Positions 52,242 to 64,000 of a DNA stretch of 64,000 bases are shown piece by piece (the stretch's first letter is position 1; every line of letters begins with the position of its first letter). This stretch comes from Chrysomallon squamiferum (Eukaryota; Animalia; Mollusca), in assembly GCA_012295275.1 (NCBI GenBank), contig CM022665.1, positions 1,426,001-1,490,000 of the forward strand, given 5' to 3'. The position numbers and the translations under genes were made by a program. Below the pieces are notes generated by a model, which made no database searches, had not been told where the DNA came from, and saw only the letters and a program-made list of their open reading frames with translations.

Positions 52242-53265
52242 TCCAGATATAGAACAGTGATAATTAAATCTAAGAAAATAGCAAGAGAAAAATCAGAACG
52301 GATTCCTGTTTGAACATTATAAATGGAAAAATAAAATAGCCAAAAGATTTTTATAAAACTATAATTTATCTTCAAGTTAATTTAATAACGATTCATGTGA
52401 AACAGTAATATATTTTTATAATTTTATAGAGAAAAGTAGAGTAAATTTGTTCATTTATTTATTGAAAGGAATTTGCCAGTGTGCGAATGATTTATAAATA
52501 GAATTGTGAATAAATTGCCCGAATTATAATTATTGAATTATGTAGTTATAAAATATATTTAAATATAAATAAAAATTTAAAAATTAATATTACAAATGTG
52601 TTATATGTTGATCGAAAATGCAAATTATAAACAAATTTATTACAGAATTTGAAATTTTATTGAAGATAAAATGAATGTGTACAGTGTTAAAAAGAAAATT
52701 CATTAAAATATCTTGTAAAATTATTAAATTGTAATAAAGTATTATTTACCTTTTACCTGCATTAAATTCACTTTTGTTAAAACCACAATGAAAATTCGAA
52801 GTCGTCCTTTAAGTATTTTTATATGTATAAAATGTATTTAAAATAAAGTTAATATTAGCAACGGAATATCAGCACTCTGCTTTCCTTAGCTGTTTGTGTT
52901 GCTTTGTTATTTTAAAACAACTGAATCAACAATTTAGTTTTTATTAGTTGTTTGTACACGTTAATAATAATTAAACTTAAGGATTAACATTTAATTTGTA
53001 GAATAATCTCACTGATCTTAATCAGGTTGGCTCAGGTGATTAATGAATCGAATCATACCAAAGAAGCTAGGATTAAAATTGTCATCATTACTATATCATA
53101 AGACTTGTTATTTATCATTGTTGGTTCTTTCTTTTTCCGATGATAACAAAAAGGACGAGAATAATGACAATACTTAATCATTTTTAATTATCATAATTAG
53201 TATCATGGTCATGTCTATAACTTTCTACTTCATTTAGTTTATTAACTTATTTATTGATTTCTTTC

Positions 53266-53268
<3 letters not shown>

Positions 53269-53325
<57 letters not shown>
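53269..53325. repeat. (ATT)n microsatellite
   Basis: Direct observation. Confidence 0.95.
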
Positions 53326-54517
53326 CTGAACTACTAACAAAATACATTTGTTGCTATGTTAATAAATAATGATCATGTTCATTAAATCTTTCTTTGCCAT
53401 AATTCACATTCAACATAACCAGTGCATTGTGCACAGAGCTTCCTGGGCGTGCCGTGTTGTCTTAAATCTTAATATCTTAAGTGTATTTAGCTTAGAGGCA
53501 TCCATTGATTATTGGCCGTATCCTCCGTTTCCTTCCTGCTAATATTGTGTTACCTTCAGTGTTTGCATTCACAGAGGCCAGGCCACATTTAATCTAAATC
53601 AATTTCGCCAGTTTCTTAGAACAGTTATGTTGTTTAATGTTATTTTTTATGTATTGAATTACTTTCTAGCAGAGTTAATGTGCAAATACAAAAGCAACAT
53701 AGAATAATGAAGAATTCTGAATCTACCATAGAAAATCAATTAATATTTTAAGTAAAACTTTAAATATTTTTTGTTTGCTTGTTGAATCTGCCAAGATTTC
53801 TTATATTATTTAATTTGATACATTTTTTATTATACATGTTTAACTCTCTCGCTCTCTCTCTCATTTATCCTCTTTAATCTTGCTTTAATTTTACACCACT
53901 AGTGGTTAATTGCTGATTTAGTTTACTAATTTACCTTTCCTTTATTATTCAAAGAAATGACCTGCACGTTTTATCAATGTTTCCAAAACAGTAACGATGT
54001 CGTGCACTGTTGAAAAAGATACATTTTTGACAAACATTTTTCTCTATGATCTTCAATTTTCAGATTTTATAGATATCATTCCACTTAATAATAACAATAA
54101 AGTAAAGAAATAAATTACAATAAAACTGAATATAATTCTTAAAATGATAGAAGTAAGAAAAACAAATCAATCTAATTCATGACATAAATGAAAACATGCT
54201 GTTTCATTAAAAAAATCAATATTCTTTAATAATGATTTTATTGGACAGACTGTTTGTCTTAGTTACTAATGAACTTTAAAGAGAACTGCGGTACTGACAT
54301 TTAATGAAGTTAAAATATGACTTTCTGAAAAGCAAATGATAAATGGAAAACAAAAAAAGATTTTCAAACTGATATCTTTAAAACTTAAATGCTCAGTAGG
54401 AAACCATATCCGTGTATAGATGTTTGTGTTTTTCTTTCTATGTTTGACAATTTTGATAACACAACGATAAAACAAAATAAACATACTGATGTTAATGATA
54501 ATAAATATAAAAAAAAA

Positions 54518-54583
<66 letters not shown>

Positions 54584-54646
54584 GATAATAATAATATTAA
54601 TAATAATAATAACGATAATAATAAATAAATAAATAAATAAATAAAT
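54518..54646. repeat. (AAT)n/(AAAT)n compound microsatellite
   Basis: Direct observation. Confidence 0.95.
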
Positions 54647-56898
54647 AAAAATAAAAAATCAATGAGAGATAAAAAATAATAGTTAACAGTTCTTGTTAAT
54701 GGCATGATATTAACGATTTGTTCTTCTAGTCGTGGCCTTATTTGTACATGGTTTCCGGATAACGTTTAGAAATATGGTTAGTGATTGATATACATAGATC
54801 CTCGAAAAACTATTTTGGAGACTGAATTAAACTTAAATATTTTTCACTAGTAAGTTTTTGTGCATACATTTTATGAGTTTGGGAATGTGTGTTTGTTCTG
54901 TACATACATTGTTTTGAGTGTCCTGGTAATAGGCGTAAGTAATTATCTGTGTGGTTCTGCATGAATGCATCAGTGTCGTTTATGTTTATTTGTTTGAATA
55001 GGCAGCACATTATAATATATGTGTATTTAAGATATTCACGAATCCATAATTGTTGATAGATTTCTCCAGATATAGACATAATCAGAAGATATTAATGGTG
55101 ATTTAAGTCATGGACATTAAAATAATTTAGAAAATTACTAAATTATTGCTGACGAATTTTGTACGTATGTTTTTATGGAAGTTTGTGTGGGTGTGTTTGT
55201 ATCTACGTTTTTCAAAAAGTGAATCAAACGCATTCTGTATTATATATAAGAATATAATAATTTAATATTTTTCACGTTGTCTGTCAGATAAAAAGCTAAA
55301 GGTTATTCTTGTGAACACTTCACTTACTAAATTATTCTTACTTAGCTAAGTCACTTTCTGGTTTCAGTTATTAAAATACTGAATTTGACCTATCAAAAGC
55401 AAAAAAATATATTATAAAAAATATGTATCTACTTTCGAATTGTAAAGAAATATTTTTTATTTAAAAAAATTGCGAAACCATCTCCCCAGAAGAAAAAAAA
55501 ACAAAAAATATAAATATAAATATATATATATAAATAAATAAATAAATAAATAAATAAAACTAAATTAAACACAAAAAATGATTAAATCTATATATGGATT
55601 TATTGAATTATGATAGCAGTATGTAATTCATTTTACTGTTGTTTTAATTTTTGTATGGTCTTGAATATAAATCTCTAATCGTATTCATTTAATACGTTGT
55701 AACAAAGTATGTGTTTAATTTGAAATGACGCACCATCCACATCTAAGAACTGACGACAGATTTAACTTAATAAAGATAAGTAGACTATAAATGGCAACTT
55801 TTAATCGGGTTCAAAAATAAAAATACTAACGAATGTGACAATGAACATAATAACGTTAATAATTACAATGATGATGATGATAATGACAATAATATTATCA
55901 CCTTCAACAATAATAAATATAATTATTATATTAACAACACCAATAAATCAACAACATCAAAAGTAAAAAAACTGACAAATAATTAAATAGAAAAATGTAT
56001 ATTCTATTCGGATATTTAAAATAATCGTTAGTTGTTTGTTGTGTTTTGTTTTGTTTTTTAAATTATTATTATTATTTCCAAAACGTATCTCCGTATTTCC
56101 AGTACTGAGATTTGTCGTGCACACATTAGTCATTAATTTTATGTAATGAAAGTTCATCGTCTTCGACGTCTGATCTAAAAGATTCTGTAGACCAATTCAG
56201 CAGCTACTACATCGGCGAAGACGCCGACTTAAGACGTTTGATTCGTGAAGACATCTATCTGTATTACCTTTGAGCAAAGACAATTTAATATCGTTGCTAC
56301 TCACCTAATACAACAGGAGTGTTATGAAAAAGTATTAATATTGGATATAAGCCGACTAACACTTCTACAACGTGTTATTATATAACGATTAATAAGTCAG
56401 TTAAATAAAGTCTTAATGCAAGTATTTTCTCCTGCTTATATTCTTTATGCAAAGCCGACGGACATCTGAAGAGGAATCGTATAAAGCTTCAGATGTGGGT
56501 CGAATAAATAATCATTCAGCTCAGTATTATAGAACGTGGAAAAAACTGAAATGAAGAAAGAAAAGCTATAAAATACTATCTATGCTTAATGCATTTGAAA
56601 ATTAAAATGCTCTGAAAATAAACTTTTCTTTATACATTCCTTTTGTAAAGAATCACTTAAAGCATATTAATTATTCACAGGTACATTTACTTTATCTGGT
56701 ATGTGTTACAAGTTTTAATAAATAGAGTTCTTACCAAATAAAATAAAATAGTGTTGTAAAAAATAATTCAGAAAATCAAACTATTCTAAATGCAGAAGAA
56801 TTTCAGCTAAAGAATAAAATACTTCCATTGTCTGTATAAACGGAATATGTGCTTGAAGTCAATTATTTTGATAAGCACGCACACACATACACACATAA

Positions 56899-56941
<43 letters not shown>

Positions 56942-58524
56942 TAACTTGGCCTTCATTACAAAACAAAATGAAGTATATTTGTTGCAACAAACATTTGGAG
57001 GCTTGAACAGTTTTCTTTGTCTTATTAATATTAAATTCAAGAGCAAAATAGCTTTTAAATGAAAGAAGAAAAAACCAAAATCGATAACCTGAATGTTTAA
57101 CAATTTAATTATATATACAATGTTATTAAATCTTCTTCAAGAGATTATTGATAATTTTGTGGATGTAATTTAAGTAGAAACGAACACAGTACTTGTCATT
57201 TAAAACCGCTGTAATTACTGAAGACATTTTCTCTCAGGAAAAACAGATCAACTTCTGAATGATTTTGATAGCGAATGATAGCACTTACGAACACAGAATA
57301 AAAACAGTGTATGATGATGAATTAATGTTTGAATTATGAATGAATGAAAGAATGAACGTATGAATATTTTTACTTACTTATATCTTTAACACTGTTATTA
57401 CCTGCGTGTTGTCTATGATAACACACACTATGACACAATATGCTCACACTATGACAGACGACAGCTGATGCTGTTTCATAGCCAGTTTCTCTAAACAGGA
57501 AAGCACTGTAGTCTTTCACACACCAGTCTCAATGGATAATAATTTCACTGATGACAGTCATTCTGTTAAGATATTATCAGATCAACAATTTATTTTAAAA
57601 AGAGAAAAATAAAAAAACTTTATTAGAATGCCATTATAGAATATTGCAATGAAATTGAAAATAACTTCAGTTTGAACAAAAAACACAAAACACTGTAATG
57701 ATCTGACGTTATTATTTTATGTTTAATATATGTCAAAAATTTAAAACGATTAACTACATATAATCAAAGAAATAACAACATCAACAATAAAATGGAAACA
57801 AGTAAAAATGGACAAACACAAAGCGGTATTAAATGTGAAGTAAAGGTTGTCATAGGAAAATATACATATTTTATTCGCAATTTATATTTTGAAATATCTG
57901 CTGAAGATGTTTATTTGATTTTTCGTAGAAAACCAGTATATCACTCTAAGAAAATGCTACAAATATGCTTGAACAATATTTTCCTTTTGATTTTAACGAA
58001 ACAGAAAACCGTTCCGTTTCCTTAGGGAATTTGATTAAACAGTTTAAGTAATATACGTTAGAGTACGGTTTCTTTGAACCCAGTGTTATTGTTCTCTTCT
58101 TCCTCTCATATTTCAAGTGAAAACTGATTTAATTTATTTTCATTGATTCTTAATATTATTATTGAATACATGATAAAAGGATGACCCAAACATGACCACG
58201 TTTGTTATCTTGACGTCTTCTTCTCTTGTCAACTAATTAGTTACGCCTGCGCAAATATCGTTGCTGAAAGAGTTGCCTATTATGCATAATTATTAGATTC
58301 CATAGAATTATTTTGAAAGAAATACTTTTACTATTGTTTACAAAACAGTTACAAATTTTGATTTAATGCTTGTTAAATCTTAATACATTTACTTATCATT
58401 AAAACGTTGATTAGTGGCTCGGTTATGCCAGTTTCACTGCTTATTGCAAGCAGCTGTTAAAATAGAAATAAAAAATAATAAATATTAATTCTTTAAAATC
58501 TTACTGTTTATCCAGATCATAATC

Positions 58525-58531
58525 AGTAGTT

Positions 58532-58591
<60 letters not shown>

Positions 58592-58640
58592 TTGATAGTA
58601 GTGGTAGTAGTAATAGTAGTAGTTGTAGTAGTAATAGTGA
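58525..58640. repeat. (TAG)n microsatellite
   Basis: Direct observation. Confidence 0.95.
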
Positions 58641-58787
58641 TAGAAGTAATAATAAGAAAAGTAGTAACAACTTAAAATTTAAAGTTTAGCATTTTAATAT
58701 ATTTTTATAGCAATTTACATATTATTCAGTCCATCTTATTGCGTCGATTGTTCAGCAAAACAAATACAAATATGAATATTTTAATTA

Positions 58788-58792
<5 letters not shown>

Positions 58793-58860
<68 letters not shown>
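58793..58860. repeat. (AG)n microsatellite
   Basis: Direct observation. Confidence 0.97.
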
Positions 58861-58861
<1 letters not shown>

Positions 58862-59368
58862 ACTAGCTTAATCTTATAATATTAATTCCATCTAAATTGT
58901 TTTATTTGTTGTATATTTATTAATGTTCATACTTGCTAATCAGATTTCTACTTCGAAATAACACCGAAACCCGATTTAGAATAATTTTCGATCAGTATTA
59001 CTAACAGAAATATTAATAACTAATCATACTAAATTTTAAATTTTCAAACCGAAAAGTTATTTTCTTTAGATTATAGAAAAATCTTGTGCATATTCATTAG
59101 CAGGAAAATGGAAACCAACCAAACAGAAAACGTCAAAGGAAACTTGTATTTACGAGCGGTTTAATAATAGGCGTGGATGCCATCGAAGTAGTGGGCGACA
59201 ACTTCTCAAGGAAAGCACGTCTTTTACGGTGTTATCAAAATTAATTGTCTAAGACAAAAATAATCCCTATTCTCTTGTACTTCCTACTAACTGATCAGAG
59301 TAGCTCGGATTCGAGATAGTTAATGAAGCGTTATTGATCGTAAATCGACATTCTGTAAGTCTCAACTC

Positions 59369-59432
59369 TATATAAACCTCTAGAGTGTTTCTCTGTCACA
59401 TTTTAAAAACCATTTTACATAGACAGGTAAGC
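59369..59432 (+). promoter_or_regulatory. TATA box (TATATAAA 59369-59376), initiator-like site ~59397-59402 and short non-coding first exon ending at donor ACAG|GTAAGC (59426|59427)
   Basis: Canonical ~30 nt TATA-to-start spacing followed by a strong donor, 1.5 kb upstream of the peptide exon whose acceptor is at 60965|60966. Confidence 0.55.
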
Positions 59433-60989
59433 TTTCTTTGTTTTTAGATTATATATATATATATATATATATATATAGATGTATGTATGTATGTATATTT
59501 GTCGTTAGTATTATTTATTTCTATTTATTTTTCTTAGTTGTATTATTATTACTATTATATTTGTTTTAAGACAGGACAAAACAAAAAGAAGAATTTATTA
59601 CTTTATATTACAAAAATTTCGCTAAAACATTCTCTGTTAAATTATATTCACATATATCGGATTGCCAGTAGTCATAAGTTTGCGTATGTATATATGAATG
59701 TATTTGAATTTTGGTATAAGAAATAAAGAATACAAAGAGTAAAGATGTACAAATCGATTTGTAATGATTAAAATCAAGATTAGATTAACAATTGCATCTT
59801 GAAAAGAAAAACATATGGTAGAAAGTTAAAACAAATTAAAACTCATTAATTCTTCGGTTAATATTTATGTTTTTGCTTTAATAATGATTTCTAAAATACA
59901 TTATTTTCTGTTTCATCATAATCTAGCCATAATCTATCTTAGAAAAACAAACTTTAATAATAATAATAATAATAATAACCAAAACGATAGTTCATAACAT
60001 TTTAAATACAGCATGATATAAAGGGATAATCTGAATACATATAATAGAATTTACCAGCCATTTAAAGAATATTGGTTTATCAAAGATTATGGCATTAGCT
60101 AACGTGTCTGAAAGTAAATGCAAATAGCAAAAACAAAAAACACACACACACACATGTAATAAATAAATAAATTCAAAATTAGATTTCGCGAAAATATGTC
60201 GTCTGAAACAAATACTGACAGGATGAACAGTTATAATCTATTATTAATGATTGTTTGAAACTACAAAATCTTTCAATCAATTTTATATGCATTTAATATA
60301 TTTAACATCATTACAAATGAATTTCTCCAAATCAGACATTGTAACTAATTCGATTTCTAAAATTCTGGCCAAATTTATTGGTTTTCTTCGTTTCACGATT
60401 AACCTCCAGAGAAATGTTTGGCTCCCGCATATTAAATTATTTTTATATTCTCTTAGTTTATGTGGTTTCGTATAATCTTTCAATGACAGGCTTACTGGCA
60501 GATACAAACATTAAACAAAGCTATTTTACTTTTGTTGATGATACATTTTTCTTTATCTTTATTTATTAGGGTTTTTTGTTTCTTTGGGGTTTTTTTTGTT
60601 GTTGTTGTTTTTTTTGTTTGTCTTTTTTTTTTGGATTGGTTTTATTTTGTGTCGTTTTTTTGGTGTTTGTTTTTGTGTGGGGGGGTTGGGGTTTTTTTTT
60701 GTTTTGTTTTGCTTTTTTGCGGGCTGTGTTATATTGTTTTGTATGTTTTGTTATTGTCTATTCCTTATATTAACATTGCTAGCATAAAGAAAGAAATAAT
60801 TCAGTAGTACAGTCTGAAAATCAATTTAAACTGATATAATGATGCATATATATATTTGTATGTGTGTCTGTGTGTCTATGTGTGTGTGTGTGTTAAAATT
60901 TAAAATTATCTTCAGAGTACGATCTCTACATTTCATGTTTAATAATATGACAGCTTGTATTATAGGTTAATAATTCTCACGAAAACAAG

Positions 60990-61139
60990 ATGGCAGGAAA
61001 TAAAGCACTTTGCGGTTTCTTTGCTGTCATGTTGGCCTGTGTGGTGCTTTCTACGCCAGTACAGCCGGGTATCAACCTGTCAGACATGAGTGCAGACAAC
61101 GCCTGTCTGTTTGTCTGTAACATCTGCTTTGATGGACAC
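60990..61139 (+). CDS. First coding exon of a small secreted cysteine-rich peptide (eclosion-hormone/CCRFamide-like neuropeptide precursor); 3' part not identified in the window
   Basis: Acceptor TATAG at 60965 and ATG in good context (CAAGATGG). Translation MAGNKALCGFFAVMLACVVLSTPVQPGINLSDMSADNACLFVCNICFDGH, then donor CAC|GTAAGA. GC-richer island with a hydrophobic signal peptide and C-x3-C-x2-C. Confidence 0.7.
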
Positions 61140-61271
61140 GTAAGATGAAGCAATGAATGTTTTTTTTTTTTTTTTTCATCGTTTTGAAAACTAATTACTA
61201 AATATCTGAACATCTATCTGCCTGCTTACTTGCATACTTACCGACTTACCTCTCTGTCTGTGCTGTACCTA

Positions 61272-61304
<33 letters not shown>

Positions 61305-64000
61305 CATACATATATAAACACACACATACATTTAAATACATAAATATGAACGTAGATACATCTGTCTCACAGATACACAAAAACCCACGCACAAACATTG
61401 CATACGCCAACATAGATATGCAGAATGATACGACAGTTAAAATTGTATCTAATCTAATTTTTATTGGTCATTATTTCTTTATTTTTTGGACTACTTATAT
61501 TTCATATCTACCAGAGGTCCTGGTCATTAAACCGATACTTTGAGTCAATATTTTTATCCTTATTTGTTGCGATCGGTTTAACTGCCGATACTATTTCAGC
61601 GTAACCCCCCCCCCAAAAAAAAAAAAAAAGTCATCCGGAGAAGAAATTTAAGGATCTTGACAGCCGTTTACATGCTGGTGGATATCAAGTCGTAATCAAA
61701 GAATGTCAGCAGCATTGTCATTTAAGTTCATGCAGTAACGGAATGAAAATACAAGTGAAACATGATGATAATAATAATCCAAGGCTTCATAACGAAAATG
61801 AATTGCCTCGATCTGTTGAGAGTATACAATACACATTGGTACAAATGACGAATTACGAAAACAAAACATTTCAATTTAAATAATAATATTTATTTCAGTG
61901 ATTTTATCATCGTTTCAAAACGCGATTTTGTCTTTTACATACTTTTCACTGTTCCCGGTCGTCATGGTTACTTTCTCATACGTTACAACTGCACCGTCAC
62001 CATTATGTTCTTAACTTTTTTTGTGTTACGCCTTCATCTGTACAAAAATATGTTAGGTCTGAAAAACATATAAAATTATTTACTTCAACAAAAAAAAAAA
62101 AAAAACCTCATTCTGCGTTTACAAAGAAGATTAAAAACACAAGTTCGTTGCGATGAGTCATCCTTGGCACTTTTTTTTAATTATTATTTGTTTCTTTGTT
62201 GTATTTGTTATATTTATTTCTTTGGTAGCAATAACCTCAATTTTCATTTTGATTCCATGTTTTGAATTGGAATAAGCTCCAGGCCGGCTCTTAGAATTTT
62301 AGTCATTTGTAATTAATTAGATTCTTTATTTGTGTCTCAGGTTGAGTAACATGAACCTTGCTCGTCATAGAAAAGTATCAGTGGCTAATCGAAATGCTTA
62401 CTGTAGATTTTTTTAGTAGATGTCACAGTCTCTAGTTTCTTTTTTTCGTGCGAATATGAGGATATGCAGTCAGTCCATTTGACAGTGCTTAGCAGGATTA
62501 AATGTATCTATTTTTCCGTAAACATGCTATTATTTTAATTTCACTCGTACAGTTGGTACGATATATAATCTATATTAAGGGAATAAAATGTGTAATTAAG
62601 ACTGCGAAAAAATATTGCGTTTAACCATACTTAATTACAGCATAAAAATTCAGGAAGTAAGAGTGGGAGAGCTGAAAATTAGTGATTTGGAAATCAAATA
62701 TTATAGTGATTTATATCATAATACAAGATAAGTTGCATTGCTCCGAGTGGCTTATTGCCTGTCTGCTTTAACAAATCCATAAAATGTGCTTTTTGTGGTA
62801 GAAAGAAATAATTTGAATGTATTCTATATACTTCCCACATAATGTTTTACTTATTTTGTTCTGTCGAATCTCAGTTAATAACGAAATATAACAACAAAGA
62901 GTATTCGTTAAAAATATGTCTGTACTGAGACATACATCATCGCATGTTACCGCGACGTTATTTCACACATGCAGAACTGATTGGATATATGTATTATTGT
63001 TGTTATAAAAAATATTTAATCGGATTTCTTCACTGTTTATTAAATTTAATACCTATTTTTGATATCAGAACAAAGTGAGCATTCGACTGCAAGAAATTAA
63101 AAAAATTAAAGTTGCTATAAAATAAGGGTAAAATAACAATACATAATCTTTTCATACGATTTGAAATTATTAATATAGTATTTCCCGTCCTTTTTGTACC
63201 TATTCTGGAAATACAATATAAATTAAGTCGTGGCAGGCAAAATAAGTAAAACATCACGTTGGAAGTATATAGAATACATTTAGATTATTTCTTTGTATCA
63301 CGAAAAGTAATGTTTGTTTTGTTTATGTTTTTTTGTTTGTTTAAGAATGACAAAGTTATCATTTTACATCAACAATTGCAAAGTACAAATAATGCGGCGT
63401 TCATCAATTTCACGACAGAATAATTTTATTTTCATACTTTATTAACTGAAAAACAATTTGTGTCCAGTGCTGAGTAAAATAATATTTAAGACGTATACCA
63501 AATCACCTTGAGCTTAAGTATCTAATTCAAAAGAGTGAATCTGCATTTCGCCCACTGAATAGCACTGAAGAAAATAGAAGAGGTGTTCAAAAAGAACTGT
63601 ACTCTTTGCCTCAAAGTTCATTCTATTCATATAAATTTATTAACGTAAATATGTTTTGTAAATTATCTTTTACCGACCATAATGTTTAGAAGTTTCCTTA
63701 TTTCTCATTACACTATCTAATGATGCTGTTCACAAGAATTTTTATTTTTTCGGTGCAAATATTTAAATGAAACCTTCAGGTGTGTGTTTAGTTTATGTAA
63801 TGATTGAAAAGAACATTATTGACAAGCATTCGGGATAAGGCTCTTTTGGGTAACAGCACACTCTTGTAGCCTGGTATAATATGAAAGTTGTATGCATATT
63901 TTATGAATATTTGTTTGACTTAATTTTTGTTCATTAATGACGTGGGCTGAAATAAATAAATACATTTTCTTTTCTCTTACTTTTTCATTTCATTTATGAT

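Noticed and set aside
56080-56370. CpG-richer patch with a 46-codon open frame and a minus-strand donor-like site
   Set aside because: No phase-consistent exon chain and no recognisable protein
54266-60807. Poly-L, poly-N, poly-Y and F-rich ORFs
   Set aside because: Products of (AAT)n, (TAG)n and T-rich simple repeats
62341-62349. Acceptor TCTCAG at 62340 as the next exon of the peptide gene
   Set aside because: Gives VE* immediately, leaving three unpaired cysteines; the true exon more likely lies beyond the window

Overview
AT-rich, microsatellite-dense animal genomic DNA with GT-AG introns. A mollusc or gastropod source is plausible but unproven. By hand I can splice together: (1) a 32-exon WDR64-like gene on + (7878-42385, ~1195 aa); (2) two testis-specific serine/threonine kinase (TSSK) genes head-to-head with 226 bp between start codons, one with an intronless CDS (46560-47666, -) and one with 4 exons (47893-52241, +), and two perfect CRE palindromes in the spacer; (3) the 5' part of a small secreted C-x3-C-x2-C peptide gene resembling eclosion-hormone-family neuropeptides, absent from the ORF track (TATA at 59369, coding exon 60990-61139). 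Non-genic content: two arrays of a 34-36 bp satellite flanking the WDR64 promoter and exon 1, a decayed LINE with RT and RNase H, SINE-like fragments, short local duplications and many microsatellites. Most ORFs in the supplied track are artefacts of satellites and low-complexity DNA. All coordinates were read manually; no database searches were run.
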